Assembly (NCBI GenBank): GCA_009778715.1
Contig: WRFR01000001.1
Location: 3,383-67,382 of the forward strand
From: Coriobacteriia bacterium
GTDB taxonomy: Bacteria > Actinomycetota > Coriobacteriia > WRKU01 > WQUG01
Length of the DNA: 64,000 nt
Direction: 5' to 3'
Shown here piece after piece: positions 36,342 to 45,969 of the stretch. Both the position numbers and the translations under genes were made by a program. The notes beneath the pieces were generated by a model. It was given only the letters and a program-made list of their open reading frames with translations, did not search any database and was not told the DNA's origin. Position 1 is the first letter of the stretch. Each line of letters starts with the position of its first letter.

Positions 36342-37505
36342 ATGTCACATTTTGCCGCCCAACGCCTTGAGAATCTCCCGCCTTACCTGTTCGCGGAGAT
36401 CGATCGAAAAAAAGCAGAATTGGAAGCACAGGGTCACGATGTGATCTCGCTGGGTATCGGTGACCCAGATAAGCCGACCCCAGAGCATATCGTTGATGCG
36501 ATGGCAAAGGCAATCCGCAACCCCAAGAACCATCACTATCCTTCTTATGCGGGCTCACCTGCCTACCGGAAGGCTTGTGCGCAGTTCCTGAAGAACCGTT
36601 TCGGCGTTGAGGTTGACCCGGCAACTCAGGTGCTAGCCATGATCGGCTCAAAGGAGGGCATTGCGCACTTGTTTCCGGCATTTGTCGACCCAGGAGCCTA
36701 CACGCTTATTCCGGGCGTTGGTTATCCGGTATACTCCGGCGGCGCGATCCTTAACGATTCGCTTTCGCACTGGATGCCTATGACCGAGGAGAACGGTTTT
36801 CTGGCCGACTTCGAGTCAACGCCAGAAGATATCGTGGCTAAGGCGCAGATGATGATCATCAGCTATCCCAATAACCCGACGGGAGTAGCGGCTGATCCGG
36901 AGTACTTCGATCGCGCGATCGCTTATGCCAAGGCGCATAACTTGCTGCTGATACATGATAACGCCTACTGCGACGTTGCCTATGACGGATTCAGGCCTAC
37001 GAGCATCCTGGAGCGCCCGGGTGCGATGGACTGCTGCCTGGAGTTCTTCAGCACGTCGAAGTCCTACAATATGACAGGTTGGCGCTGTGCGTTTGTGGCG
37101 GGTAATCCTGAGGCTATCAAGACCTTTGGCGTTGTGAAGTCCAACATCGACTCAGGTATATTTACCGCAGTCCAGGATGCAGCAATCGAAGCCTTCACTG
37201 GCCCGCAAGACGAGATCGCAAATATGGTAGCGCTGTATCAGCACCGCCGTGATCTGGTCATGAGCACCCTTGACAAGATGGGTATCGAGTATGCCTATAC
37301 CAAGGGCACGATATTCATGTGGGCAAAAGTTCCGGCAGGCTACACTTCGGCTGAATATGCAGAGAAGGTACTCATGGAGGCTCATGTTATTGTGGCTGCT
37401 GGTACGGCCTACGGTCCCGATGGGGAGGGTTGGTTCCGGATGTCGCTTGCTTGTGAGGATGATCGTCTCGTTGAGGCCCTCGACCGGATGAGCAAACTAA
37501 GCTAA
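36342..37505 (+). CDS. Class I/II aminotransferase, probably LL-diaminopimelate aminotransferase (DapL-type)
   Basis: …LPPYLFAEIDRKKAEL…GIGDPDKPTP… and the PLP-Lys region SKSYNMTGWR. Adjacent to dapF. Confidence 0.65.
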   Translation: MSHFAAQRLENLPPYLFAEIDRKKAELEAQGHDVISLGIGDPDKPTPEHIVDAMAKAIRNPKNHHYPSYAGSPAYRKACAQFLKNRFGVEVDPATQVLAMIGSKEGIAHLFPAFVDPGAYTLIPGVGYPVYSGGAILNDSLSHWMPMTEENGFLADFESTPEDIVAKAQMMIISYPNNPTGVAADPEYFDRAIAYAKAHNLLLIHDNAYCDVAYDGFRPTSILERPGAMDCCLEFFSTSKSYNMTGWRCAFVAGNPEAIKTFGVVKSNIDSGIFTAVQDAAIEAFTGPQDEIANMVALYQHRRDLVMSTLDKMGIEYAYTKGTIFMWAKVPAGYTSAEYAEKVLMEAHVIVAAGTAYGPDGEGWFRMSLACEDDRLVEALDRMSKLS

Positions 37506-37539
37506 ATCTCCGCCTGGACGGTGTCTAAGCGAAGATTTA

Positions 37540-38673
37540 TTGCCAAAAGGGAGACCTACTCTGGGTAGTTATGAAGTAAAAAACGAGCGACTGCAAGCGT
37601 TGTTGATCGGTATTGATACGGGCGCGAAAAACCTGTGGTCAGCTGAGGATTCGCTCGATGAATTAGCGCGGCTGGCTGAGACTGCAGACCTTAAAGTGGT
37701 CGGCCGCCTCAGCCAGAAGCTCTCTGCCCCGCAAAACGTCACCTACCTGGGCAGCGGGAAACTCGAAGAATCAAAGCGTCTCAGCCAAGAGCTCGGCGCC
37801 GATGTGGTTTTATTCGACGATGAACTCAGTCCGCGCCAGGAATCGACCTTGGCTCGCGAGTTCGGAGATCGCCTTATGGTCGTTGATCGCACAGCTCTTA
37901 TTTTGAGCATTTTCGCTGATCATGCAACGTCACGTGAAGGTAAACTACAGGTAGAGCTTGCCCAGCTGGAGTACGAATTACCTCGTTTGCGCGGCAAGTG
38001 GTCACATCTGACAAAAGAAAAACTTGGGGGCGGAACTGGCGCGCGTTTTGGGTCGGGAGAATCGCAGCTGGAAAGCGACCGGAGAATGATCCGCAAGCGT
38101 ATTGCTATCCTGAAGAAGAAGATCGGGGCCGTTGAGCGCGAGCGCCTGACACAGCGAAGCAGAAGGCAAGCTTCGCGTATCTTTCGGATCGTGTTGGTCG
38201 GATATACTAATGCCGGGAAATCGACGCTTCTCAACCGTTTAAGCTCGGCAGAGGTGTTGGCCTATGACAAGCTGTTTGCCACGCTTGATGCAACGACACG
38301 CCGCATCGGTTTTGAAGGCGGGCGCCAGGCCACCTTGACCGACACGGTCGGATTTATCAACAAGCTTCCACATACCCTGGTTGCCTCGTTTAAGTCGACG
38401 CTTGATGAGGTTCGCGAGGCCGATCTTCTGCTCCATGTTGTCGATGCGGCCTCGCCGGTGTCGCGAGCGCAAATCGCCTCAGTGCAGGAAGTGCTTCTTG
38501 AGCTCGGTGCAGAAAAGAAACCTCAGTTGCTGGTGTTTAATAAGAGCGATGAGCTTGACCGGGATGGGCGCACGGCCCTGCTGTCACGCTGGCAGGGGAG
38601 CGTGGCAGTTTCTGCGTTGACAGGCGGTGGCATCAATGAGCTACGCCGCCGCTTGGAAGTATTAAGCTCTTAG
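37540..38673 (+). CDS. hflX: GTPase HflX
   Basis: …VGYTNAGKSTLLN…DTVGFI…NKSD… The N-domain aligns with E. coli HflX. The start codon is uncertain: the listed start 37540 is TTG, with no in-frame ATG nearby. Confidence 0.8.
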   Translation: MPKGRPTLGSYEVKNERLQALLIGIDTGAKNLWSAEDSLDELARLAETADLKVVGRLSQKLSAPQNVTYLGSGKLEESKRLSQELGADVVLFDDELSPRQESTLAREFGDRLMVVDRTALILSIFADHATSREGKLQVELAQLEYELPRLRGKWSHLTKEKLGGGTGARFGSGESQLESDRRMIRKRIAILKKKIGAVERERLTQRSRRQASRIFRIVLVGYTNAGKSTLLNRLSSAEVLAYDKLFATLDATTRRIGFEGGRQATLTDTVGFINKLPHTLVASFKSTLDEVREADLLLHVVDAASPVSRAQIASVQEVLLELGAEKKPQLLVFNKSDELDRDGRTALLSRWQGSVAVSALTGGGINELRRRLEVLSS

Positions 38674-39314
38674 CGGAATATCCGCAGAACGCCAATGACC
38701 TCGCCGGCAAGTTCGACAGCGCGCGAGTAGATGGGCTCATATCCCTCGTTTGCTGGTTGCAGGCGGATACGGTCCTGTTCCAGATAATAATATTTCACGG
38801 TAGCTTCATCATCGATGATTGCAACGACCATGTCTCCTGGTTGGGCGGTTTTCTGCGCGCGCACGATCACCAGATCCCCATCAAGAACACCGGCATCGAT
38901 CATCGAATCTCCATGAACACGCAACAGGAAACTCCCGTCAGCTCCTCCTTTGATCAGAGAAGCAGGGAGGGGGAGCGTCTCTTCGCGGTTTTCTTCGGCC
39001 AGGATAGGCGTGCCAGCAGCCACGCGCCCGATCAGGGGCAGATCAATGATCTCACCACGATCGTAAGACGTATCCGAAGGTGACGCTTCCTCACGCAGGA
39101 GAGAGAAGACCCGTGACTTGCCGTTGTCGCGTTGAAGGAAGCCCTTCTCGATCAGTTTGTTGATGTGGGTCTGGATCGTACCGGTCGAGCTGAGGCCAAC
39201 GCCCTTGCCAATCTCGCGCACGCTGGGGAATATGCCCTCTTTTTGGTAATAGCTCACGATGAAATCATAGATCATCTTTTGTTTGGGAGTGAGGTCAGTA
39301 TAGTCAACTGTCAT
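38670..39314 (-). CDS. lexA: SOS repressor LexA
   Basis: MTVDYTDLTPKQKMIYDFI…SVREIGKGVGLSSTGTIQTHINKLIEKGFLQRD plus the S24 peptidase domain (…AAGTPILAEEN…VHGDSMIDAG…). SD AAGGAG 7 nt upstream. Its stop overlaps the hflX stop tail-to-tail. Confidence 0.9.
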   Translation of the reverse strand: MTVDYTDLTPKQKMIYDFIVSYYQKEGIFPSVREIGKGVGLSSTGTIQTHINKLIEKGFLQRDNGKSRVFSLLREEASPSDTSYDRGEIIDLPLIGRVAAGTPILAEENREETLPLPASLIKGGADGSFLLRVHGDSMIDAGVLDGDLVIVRAQKTAQPGDMVVAIIDDEATVKYYYLEQDRIRLQPANEGYEPIYSRAVELAGEVIGVLRIFR

Positions 39315-39397
39315 GATAGAACTCCTTAGGATTCGGGTTGCTGATACCAGTATAAAACATCTGTCCGAAAAAAACAAACAAATGTACGAAATAACAC

Positions 39398-39446
39398 TTG
39401 ACAGCGAACGTTTGTACGCGATATTATAAATACGAACACATGTACG
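39398..39446 (+). promoter_or_regulatory. LexA-repressible promoter: TTGACA-17-ATATTA with two CGAAC-N4-GTACG SOS-box-like motifs
   Basis: TTGACA at 39398-39403. CGAACGTTTGTACG at 39405-39418 lies inside the spacer. ATATTA at 39421-39426. CGAACACATGTACG at 39433-39446 lies just downstream. All in the lexA-divergent intergenic region. Confidence 0.6.
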
Positions 39447-39510
39447 GTTGTCTTGTCAGCCCTGGCACTCATACTGGTAGCATACCAGCCAACGAGAAAA
39501 GGAGTTACCC

Positions 39511-39624
39511 ATGTCACGCATTATCGCCGGAGTAGCCGATACCTTCTACGAGCGTCCTCTCTATGCTTTCTCAGGCATTATAGCTTGTGCAGTAGTGATA
39601 GCGCTTCTACTTATGCCCCTCTGA
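39511..39624 (+). CDS. Small hydrophobic peptide (37 aa), candidate SOS-induced membrane peptide
   Basis: atgtcacgcattatcgcc… translates to MSRIIAGVADTFYERPLYAFSGIIACAVVIALLLMPL. SD AAAGGAGttacccATG. Immediately downstream of the LexA-box promoter. Below the ORF-track size cut-off. Confidence 0.4.
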   Translation: MSRIIAGVADTFYERPLYAFSGIIACAVVIALLLMPL

Positions 39625-39747
39625 TCTGGAACGAACACGCTGAGATAATTAGATGCTGACAAATTCCAGTAAATTTCTGGTTGACTTGATAATTCATACC
39701 ATTTATAGTAGGTTACATCGTTAGAACCACTATATATTGGGGGCTGT

Positions 39748-40191
39748 ATGAATTGTCCAGCCTGTGGATTCGCTGAGAGCAAAGTTATCGATTCGCGAAC
39801 CTCGGATTCTCAAGATGCTATCAGAAGGCGGCGTGAATGCCTTGAATGCGGCACACGATTCACTACCTACGAACGAATAGAAGAGCGCCCTCTTTTAGTA
39901 GTAAAACGCGACGGCTCTTCTGAGGCATTCGACTACAATAAACTGCGTCGCGGCATCATGACTGCCGTGGTCAAACGCCCGATCGGCGCTGACGCAATCG
40001 ACGCGCTCATCAATGACATTGTTACCAATCTTCAAAACTCCATGAAGTATGAGGTGAGCTCGAATGTGCTGGGTGACATGGTGCTCAGACGCCTGAAAGA
40101 ACTTGACGGGGTTGCCTATATCCGTTTCGCCTCAGTCTATAAGGATTTTCAGAACCTTGATGAGTTTACGCGCGAACTGGGGGAACTCTAA
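39748..40191 (+). CDS. nrdR: Transcriptional repressor NrdR
   Basis: MNCPACGFAESKVIDSRTSDSQDAIRRRRECLECGTRFTTYERIEE (zinc ribbon) plus an ATP-cone. Promoter TTGACT-17-TATAGT upstream. Confidence 0.9.
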   Translation: MNCPACGFAESKVIDSRTSDSQDAIRRRRECLECGTRFTTYERIEERPLLVVKRDGSSEAFDYNKLRRGIMTAVVKRPIGADAIDALINDIVTNLQNSMKYEVSSNVLGDMVLRRLKELDGVAYIRFASVYKDFQNLDEFTRELGEL

Positions 40192-40674
40192 ATGAGCAAC
40201 GGGCGTGATCTTGACGTTTCGGCGCACACCAGCGAACCTTTAGTGCTTCAGGTACGTCGATGCTGCACCAACGCCCAGGTCCCCGTTTTCGCCCATACCG
40301 GTGATGCCGGCCTGGATCTTTGTGCGGCTGAGGCTTGTGTCCTGCAACCTTTCGAACGCAAGCTTATCCCCACCGGTATCCAGGTTGCCCTGCCGGCTGG
40401 CTATGCTGGTTTTGTTATGCCGCGTAGTGGCAATGCGCTTAAACTTGGCTTATCTTTTCCCAACACACCAGGGCTGATCGATAGTGGGTATCGTGGTGAA
40501 CTCCAGGTGATCGCTATCAATCTTGACCCTGATACACCGCTTGCTTTCGAAGTCGGAGACCGTATCGCTCAGTTGGTCATACTTCCCGTACCCGCTCTCA
40601 CGGTTTGTGAGGTTGACGATCTTGACACGACCGAGCGGGGGGGATCCGGGTTCGGCAGTACGGGAGTAAAGTAA
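40192..40674 (+). CDS. dut: dUTP diphosphatase
   Basis: …TGDAGLDLCA…RSGNALK…GLIDSGYRGEL… dUTPase motifs. Confidence 0.85.
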   Translation: MSNGRDLDVSAHTSEPLVLQVRRCCTNAQVPVFAHTGDAGLDLCAAEACVLQPFERKLIPTGIQVALPAGYAGFVMPRSGNALKLGLSFPNTPGLIDSGYRGELQVIAINLDPDTPLAFEVGDRIAQLVILPVPALTVCEVDDLDTTERGGSGFGSTGVK

Positions 40675-40769
40675 AACCTTCCTCACTTCCACTTTCTATG
40701 TGACGCCCTGCGGTATCTCCAGTGGGGCGTCAAGTGTGTTTGCTATACTGAGAACAGCTAAAAGGAGTA

Positions 40770-41330
40770 TTGAGCATGTTCAAAAAGCCAAAATCACTAC
40801 GATTACGACTTCACCCTGATCCGATCTTGAAGCAACAGAGCACCGAGGTGACACCTGAGGAGCTGAAGGAGATGCGTGATCTAGTGATGGATATGGGACG
40901 TACCATGTATGAGAACGAGGGCTGTGGGCTGGCGGCGATCCAGGTCGGCGTCCCAAAACGCCTGTTAGTCTATGATGTCAGTGAAGAGCAGGATGATTTG
41001 TGCGCGCTGATCAATCCTCGTGTCGTTTCACGTTCCAAGAAATGCGAAACCGCCGATGAGGGTTGCCTGTCATTTCCTGACCTGTACGAGCCGATCGAAC
41101 GCGCGACCAGCGTGCGGGTAGAGGGGCTTGACGCCAAGGGCAAGCCGGTCAGCATAGACGCTGAGGACTTTCTTGCCCGGGTACTCCAGCATGAGATCGA
41201 TCACCTTGAGGGTCTGACGATGCTCAACCGAATGGATGATGAGCTGCGCCAGAAAGCGCTCCGCGAGTACTTTGGTCTGGAGTCAGGCGAGCAAAGCAAG
41301 GCGTCTGCCCATTCAGGACCTGAGCTCTGA
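40770..41330 (+). CDS. def: Peptide deformylase
   Basis: GCGLAAIQVG, EGCLSFPD, HEIDHLEG. Confidence 0.9.
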   Translation: MSMFKKPKSLRLRLHPDPILKQQSTEVTPEELKEMRDLVMDMGRTMYENEGCGLAAIQVGVPKRLLVYDVSEEQDDLCALINPRVVSRSKKCETADEGCLSFPDLYEPIERATSVRVEGLDAKGKPVSIDAEDFLARVLQHEIDHLEGLTMLNRMDDELRQKALREYFGLESGEQSKASAHSGPEL

Positions 41331-41362
41331 TCCGGGAAACCAGGGGACAGAGGATCCAGGAT

Positions 41363-42337
41363 ATGCGTTATGCCTTCTTTGGAACGCCACCGTTTTCGGC
41401 TCAATTACTGCAACTTCTGCTTGACGCTGGATTGCGCCCTGAGTTTGTAGTGACACAGCCCGACGCTGCGTCCCGTCGTGGCCACGAGCTCTGGCCCTCG
41501 GCGGTAGCTGAAGTTGCGACACAGGCGGGACTGCCTCTGGAAAAGCCGGATAGCTTCCGTGACCCAACGGGTAAACTCAGTTTCGAAACGCGGTTGCTCG
41601 TAGAGACACAAAATTTGGATTGTGTGATATTAGCGGCATATGGCAAGATCATCCCTTCATTTCTGTTAAGCGCACCCCGCCAGGGCTGGATCAATCTGCA
41701 CACCTCGCTGCTCCCACGCTGGCGCGGCGCGGCGCCTATTCAGCGCGCGATCCTGACGGGCGATGAGGCAACGGGCGTAAGCGTCATGCGCATGGCTGAT
41801 GGCCTGGATGTCGGCCCCTACTGCGCGCAGGCGCAGGTTCACATTGGCGACAAAGATCTAGCTCAGTTAGAAGATGTTCTGGCGACAAAGGGGGCTGAGT
41901 TGCTCCTTGCAGAGCTCCCAAAGATCATTGACGGCACAGCCACCTGGCAGAAGCAGGATGAGGCGCTCGCCACCTATGCCACGAAGATCGGCAAGCATGA
42001 ACTCGATCTCTCAGCAGAGCTTTCCGCAGAGGATAACGCCCGGCACGTGCGCGCGTCTTCGGACAGCGCTCACGCGTGTCTGACGCTTGTCTGCGGCAAC
42101 AGAGATATCTCGGTGCGAGCCTTGCACGCGAAGCTCTGGCCTCTTGCGGTCCAACAAGCGCACCGGACACCCGGCACGGCCATTGTTAAAAATGACCGCC
42201 TGGTGCTCATCTGTGCCTCTGCCAGCGCTTGCTGTGTCATCACACGCCTGCAGCCTGCGGGCAAGCGACCCCAGGATAGCGCCGATTTTTTGCATGGCCT
42301 GCATCTCAACGCGGAAGAGTCGCTCTTATGGCGGTAA
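41363..42337 (+). CDS. fmt: Methionyl-tRNA formyltransferase
   Basis: N-terminal formyl-transferase (…INLHTSLLPRWRGAAPIQRAI…) and C-terminal domain. Follows def. Confidence 0.85.
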   Translation: MRYAFFGTPPFSAQLLQLLLDAGLRPEFVVTQPDAASRRGHELWPSAVAEVATQAGLPLEKPDSFRDPTGKLSFETRLLVETQNLDCVILAAYGKIIPSFLLSAPRQGWINLHTSLLPRWRGAAPIQRAILTGDEATGVSVMRMADGLDVGPYCAQAQVHIGDKDLAQLEDVLATKGAELLLAELPKIIDGTATWQKQDEALATYATKIGKHELDLSAELSAEDNARHVRASSDSAHACLTLVCGNRDISVRALHAKLWPLAVQQAHRTPGTAIVKNDRLVLICASASACCVITRLQPAGKRPQDSADFLHGLHLNAEESLLWR

Positions 42338-43701
42338 GCGAAGCGCGCCTGGTCGCGCGTGAAACCTTGACGCGTGTTCGCGAGCGGGACGCGTTCGCGC
42401 ACGAATCGCTCAATCGAGTGCTCTCACGCCATCATGGTATCAGTGACCGCGACAGCGCCCTGGCCACGCGGCTCGCCTACGGGGCGATCGCCTGCTATGG
42501 AACACTGGAAGAGGTGGTCGATCGCCGCCTGCGCAATCCCAAAAAGACTGATCCGGTACTGCGCGATGCGCTCTTGCTCTCCACTTATGAACTCCTCTTC
42601 ACTGAAACACCCGTCTATGCCGTGGTGAGCGAGGGAGTTGCCTTGGCCAAGGAGCTCAAGGCACGCTATGCGTCACCGACCAATGCGATCCTGCGTCGTA
42701 TTGGGCGCGAGCGGGAACTATTCCCCTGGGGTGACCCCAAAGCCGACGTCGACGCGCATGCACGCCTCAGAGGGCATCCAGCATGGATGGCGGCCTTGCT
42801 GCGTGAACACTTCGGCTATGAGCAGGCAGACCTTATTATGCAAGCTGACAATGAGGTAGCGCCGCTGTATCTGGCGGTCATGGATCCGGTTTTCTCGGTT
42901 TCGGATGCCGTGGGGGTACTGAATCGTGTAGGCGCTGAGCCACAGATATTAGAATTGCCGGGTTCTGTACTCATCGGACAACCGGCGAAGATACACGAGC
43001 TGACCGACCTTGGCACACGCCGCCTGCTGGTCATGGACTATTGTGCCCAGCTCGCCGTTTACCTGGCGGGTCTGCGCCCAGGGCAGTGTTATCTCGAGAT
43101 CGGGGCGGGACGGGGGAGCAAGACTCTCCTCGCGGCAAGCCGTGCCCGCATGCAGGGCGCCCCTGCCCAGGTCATCGCGATAGACCTGTATCCGTTCAAG
43201 ACAGAAATCATCACGCGTGATGCGCTTAGCTTGGGCTACGATGAGGTCACCGCATTGTCGGCTGACGGTACTTGTCCGCTCATCCCCGTTCTGCAGGATG
43301 CAGGATTGCCGACTCAGGCGGATGTGGTTTTCCTTGACGCTCCTTGCTCTGGCCTGGGAACCTTGCGCAGACGTCCTGACAGGCGGTGGCGCTCCGACCC
43401 TACTGATGTTGACACCCTGGCGCAAAAAAACTTCCTGCTCTTGTCTCAAGCCGCTGAATTGCTCAGTAAACGTGGCACACTCATCTATTCAACGTGTACA
43501 ATGACAGCAGAGGAGAACTTCGAGGTGATCGAAAAGTTCCTGCATGCGGAAGCAGGCCGGGACTTCTCCTTGGTGCCATTCAGGCCTGAGGAGTTGCCTC
43601 GCTCACTGCGCTCCTTTATTGATAAAGAGGGCTGCTTTCAATCATATCCGCAGCCTAGTGGACCAGATGGCCATTTCATCGCACGACTGAAACGCTTCTG
43701 A
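42328..43701 (+). CDS. rsmB: 16S rRNA (cytosine967-C5)-methyltransferase RsmB/Sun
   Basis: NusB-like N-domain plus SAM-MTase (…DAPCSGLGTLRRRPD…, …LIYSTCT…). Confidence 0.85.
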   Translation: MAVSEARLVARETLTRVRERDAFAHESLNRVLSRHHGISDRDSALATRLAYGAIACYGTLEEVVDRRLRNPKKTDPVLRDALLLSTYELLFTETPVYAVVSEGVALAKELKARYASPTNAILRRIGRERELFPWGDPKADVDAHARLRGHPAWMAALLREHFGYEQADLIMQADNEVAPLYLAVMDPVFSVSDAVGVLNRVGAEPQILELPGSVLIGQPAKIHELTDLGTRRLLVMDYCAQLAVYLAGLRPGQCYLEIGAGRGSKTLLAASRARMQGAPAQVIAIDLYPFKTEIITRDALSLGYDEVTALSADGTCPLIPVLQDAGLPTQADVVFLDAPCSGLGTLRRRPDRRWRSDPTDVDTLAQKNFLLLSQAAELLSKRGTLIYSTCTMTAEENFEVIEKFLHAEAGRDFSLVPFRPEELPRSLRSFIDKEGCFQSYPQPSGPDGHFIARLKRF

Positions 43702-43733
43702 AGAGTTTCAGTCACAACGGGAAAGGATCGAAG

Positions 43734-44684
43734 ATGAACAGCACACGCGTAAACGAGATACTGACCGTTACCGAGCAGGCTGCGTTTGCAGCCGGAGAGT
43801 GGATCGGCAAAGGCGACAAGATGGCCGCTGATGGCGCCGCGACCGAGGCGATGCGTGCCGAATTGGGTAAGCTCCCGATCTCTGGGCGCGTGGTTATTGG
43901 GGAGGGTGAACGTGACGAGGCGCCGATGCTCTTCATTGGCGAGGAACTCGGCTTGGGTGGTGATGAGATCGATATCGCTGTCGATCCGCTGGAAGGCACT
44001 AACATGTGCGCCTATGCCCAACCTAACAGCATCTGCGTGATGGCTATTGCTCCTCGCGGAGCACTACTCTATGCGCCCGATACCTACATGTGGAAAGTCG
44101 CGACAGGGCCTGCGGCCAAGGATGCCATCGCGATAGACGCCAGCCCAGAAGAGAATTGCCACAACGTGGCGGCAGCCTTGGGAAAGCCGGTCAGTGAGCT
44201 GACGGTCTGCCTTCTGGCGCGTGAGCGCAACGATGAGATCATCGCTGGCGTGCGGGCAGCAGGCGCTCGCGTGCGGCTCATCGGTGATGGCGATGTTTTT
44301 GGCGTGATCCAGACAGCCATCGAAGATTCAGGCATCGATCTGTACCTGGGCAGTGGCGCCGCGCCGGAGGGCGTTCTGGCTGCGACCGCCATGCGTTGCA
44401 TTGGTGGTGGATTTGAAGGGCGCTTCTTCTTCCGCAACGACAGTGAGCGTGAGCGGGCGCTCAAGACCTCAGGTGTCGACATCGACGCTCCCTTGACCCT
44501 GGACATGTTGGTCCGAAGTGACGAGGCTGCTTTTATTGCAACCGGTGTGACCGATGGCGAGTTGCTCAAAGGCGTACGGGGCCACAGCCGTGCTCATTCT
44601 TTGATCATGGACAATCGGGATCATTCGGTACGTTTCATCGAATCAGTGTATCGCCATGCAGGTGAGGGGCAGTTTGAGCTCTGA
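43734..44684 (+). CDS. glpX: Fructose-1,6-bisphosphatase class II
   Basis: …VTEQAAFAAGEWIGKGDKMAADGAATEAMR…IGEGERDEAPML…DPLEGT… GlpX family. Confidence 0.85.
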   Translation: MNSTRVNEILTVTEQAAFAAGEWIGKGDKMAADGAATEAMRAELGKLPISGRVVIGEGERDEAPMLFIGEELGLGGDEIDIAVDPLEGTNMCAYAQPNSICVMAIAPRGALLYAPDTYMWKVATGPAAKDAIAIDASPEENCHNVAAALGKPVSELTVCLLARERNDEIIAGVRAAGARVRLIGDGDVFGVIQTAIEDSGIDLYLGSGAAPEGVLAATAMRCIGGGFEGRFFFRNDSERERALKTSGVDIDAPLTLDMLVRSDEAAFIATGVTDGELLKGVRGHSRAHSLIMDNRDHSVRFIESVYRHAGEGQFEL

Positions 44685-45792
44685 GCCGACTCAGGAACAA
44701 CCCGTTTCAAATTCCGACGCGGGTTTTGATGAGCGAGCAAAACTCCCGGCGCTGAAGCGTGTGCGCGAACCACGTCAAGCGCTTATTGATCCGGGATTTA
44801 TCCGCCTGGTCATTATCTGTGCGGTTGGAGTCCTGCTGGTTGCAGCTTCATTGAGCCTTTATGCCCTAACGGGCCTGAGCACGAAGACTCCTGCGTTGGT
44901 CGGACTTCAGGAGAACGCTGCCCGGGAGAATGTACGGAAACATCGGCTTAAACTTGCGATAGGGCAACGCCTGTATTCAAGTGAACCAAAAGGCACGATC
45001 CTGAGCCAGAACCCCCGGGCGGGGAGCAGGATACAAACGGGGAGCGCGGTCGTCGTGTCAGTTTCCGGCGGGACGGAGCAAGTGGTAGTCCCTGATCTCT
45101 ATGGCTTGTCGAAGGACGAAGCAGTCACGCGACTTGAGGACCTGGGCTTATTAGTGAGTGATATCAGCGAGGCCTCGCAAATGAGAGCGGGGACGGTTAT
45201 CTCGACCTCTCCAGGCGGAGGCACTCGTCTGCGCATTGGGGATACCGTAGTATTGCATGTCGCCAGTGCGACAGAGGTCATCACGCTGGTCGACTATGAC
45301 CTGAAGGGCCAGACGGTCGTCATCGCGCCCCAATATTGTGGAGGCCTTCCTGATAACGATGTCACCTATAACGTAGCACAACGCTTGTCAGCGCTTGTGC
45401 AAGCTGCCGGTGGCAAAGCGGTCATCACACGCGCGTCAACAGAAACGACCTTGACAGCCCAAGAGTCTGCTAAGCGCGCGAGCCAGGCCCACCCGACCGC
45501 ATCAGTAACCATTACGGTGAACGGCTCCAGCAGCGCCGTTCTTGCCGTATCAGCGCAACAGCAAGTGGGCTCACTTGGGAAGGCACTCTTCGAAGAGCTG
45601 AAATGGGTATCCTCGACAACGATATTTTTGAATACGACCGTGAGCAGCGCCGCGCCACAGCCCCGGAGCGCCTCGGTATCCCTGGGAAGGACAGACTCAA
45701 AAGCCAATCTGGCACTTTTTACTGATGACCTGTTCTGCGATAACGTGGCCCGTGCGTTGTATATGGGGTTGGGTAAAACCCTCGCAAAATAG
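44656..45792 (+). CDS. Membrane-anchored protein with two PASTA domains and a C-terminal Amidase_3-like domain (catalytic residues apparently substituted)
   Basis: One TM (LVIICAVGVLLVAASLSLYAL). Two PASTA-like repeats (…VVVSVSGG / …VVVPDLYGL…VVLHVAS). Then VVIAPQYCGG… and …FTDDLFCDNVARALYMGL resembling MurNAc-LAA, but with the GHGG His replaced by Tyr. Confidence 0.5.
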   Translation: MQVRGSLSSEPTQEQPVSNSDAGFDERAKLPALKRVREPRQALIDPGFIRLVIICAVGVLLVAASLSLYALTGLSTKTPALVGLQENAARENVRKHRLKLAIGQRLYSSEPKGTILSQNPRAGSRIQTGSAVVVSVSGGTEQVVVPDLYGLSKDEAVTRLEDLGLLVSDISEASQMRAGTVISTSPGGGTRLRIGDTVVLHVASATEVITLVDYDLKGQTVVIAPQYCGGLPDNDVTYNVAQRLSALVQAAGGKAVITRASTETTLTAQESAKRASQAHPTASVTITVNGSSSAVLAVSAQQQVGSLGKALFEELKWVSSTTIFLNTTVSSAAPQPRSASVSLGRTDSKANLALFTDDLFCDNVARALYMGLGKTLAK

Positions 45793-45892
45793 TTACGGCA
45801 CCCTGTCGCTGAGCTAGCGCCTCTTCCTATCCTCAAGTGCATCGACGGTAGAAGTGTGCTGGGTGTAGATTTGTTATACTGTGTAAGCACGT

Positions 45893-45969
<77 letters not shown>

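Noticed and set aside
39453-39659. Listed 68-aa ORF (MSALALILVAYQPTRKG…) downstream of lexA region
   Set aside because: No SD. Its composition looks like a chance ORF. The same DNA is better explained by the out-of-frame 37-aa peptide with a strong SD and the LexA-box promoter.
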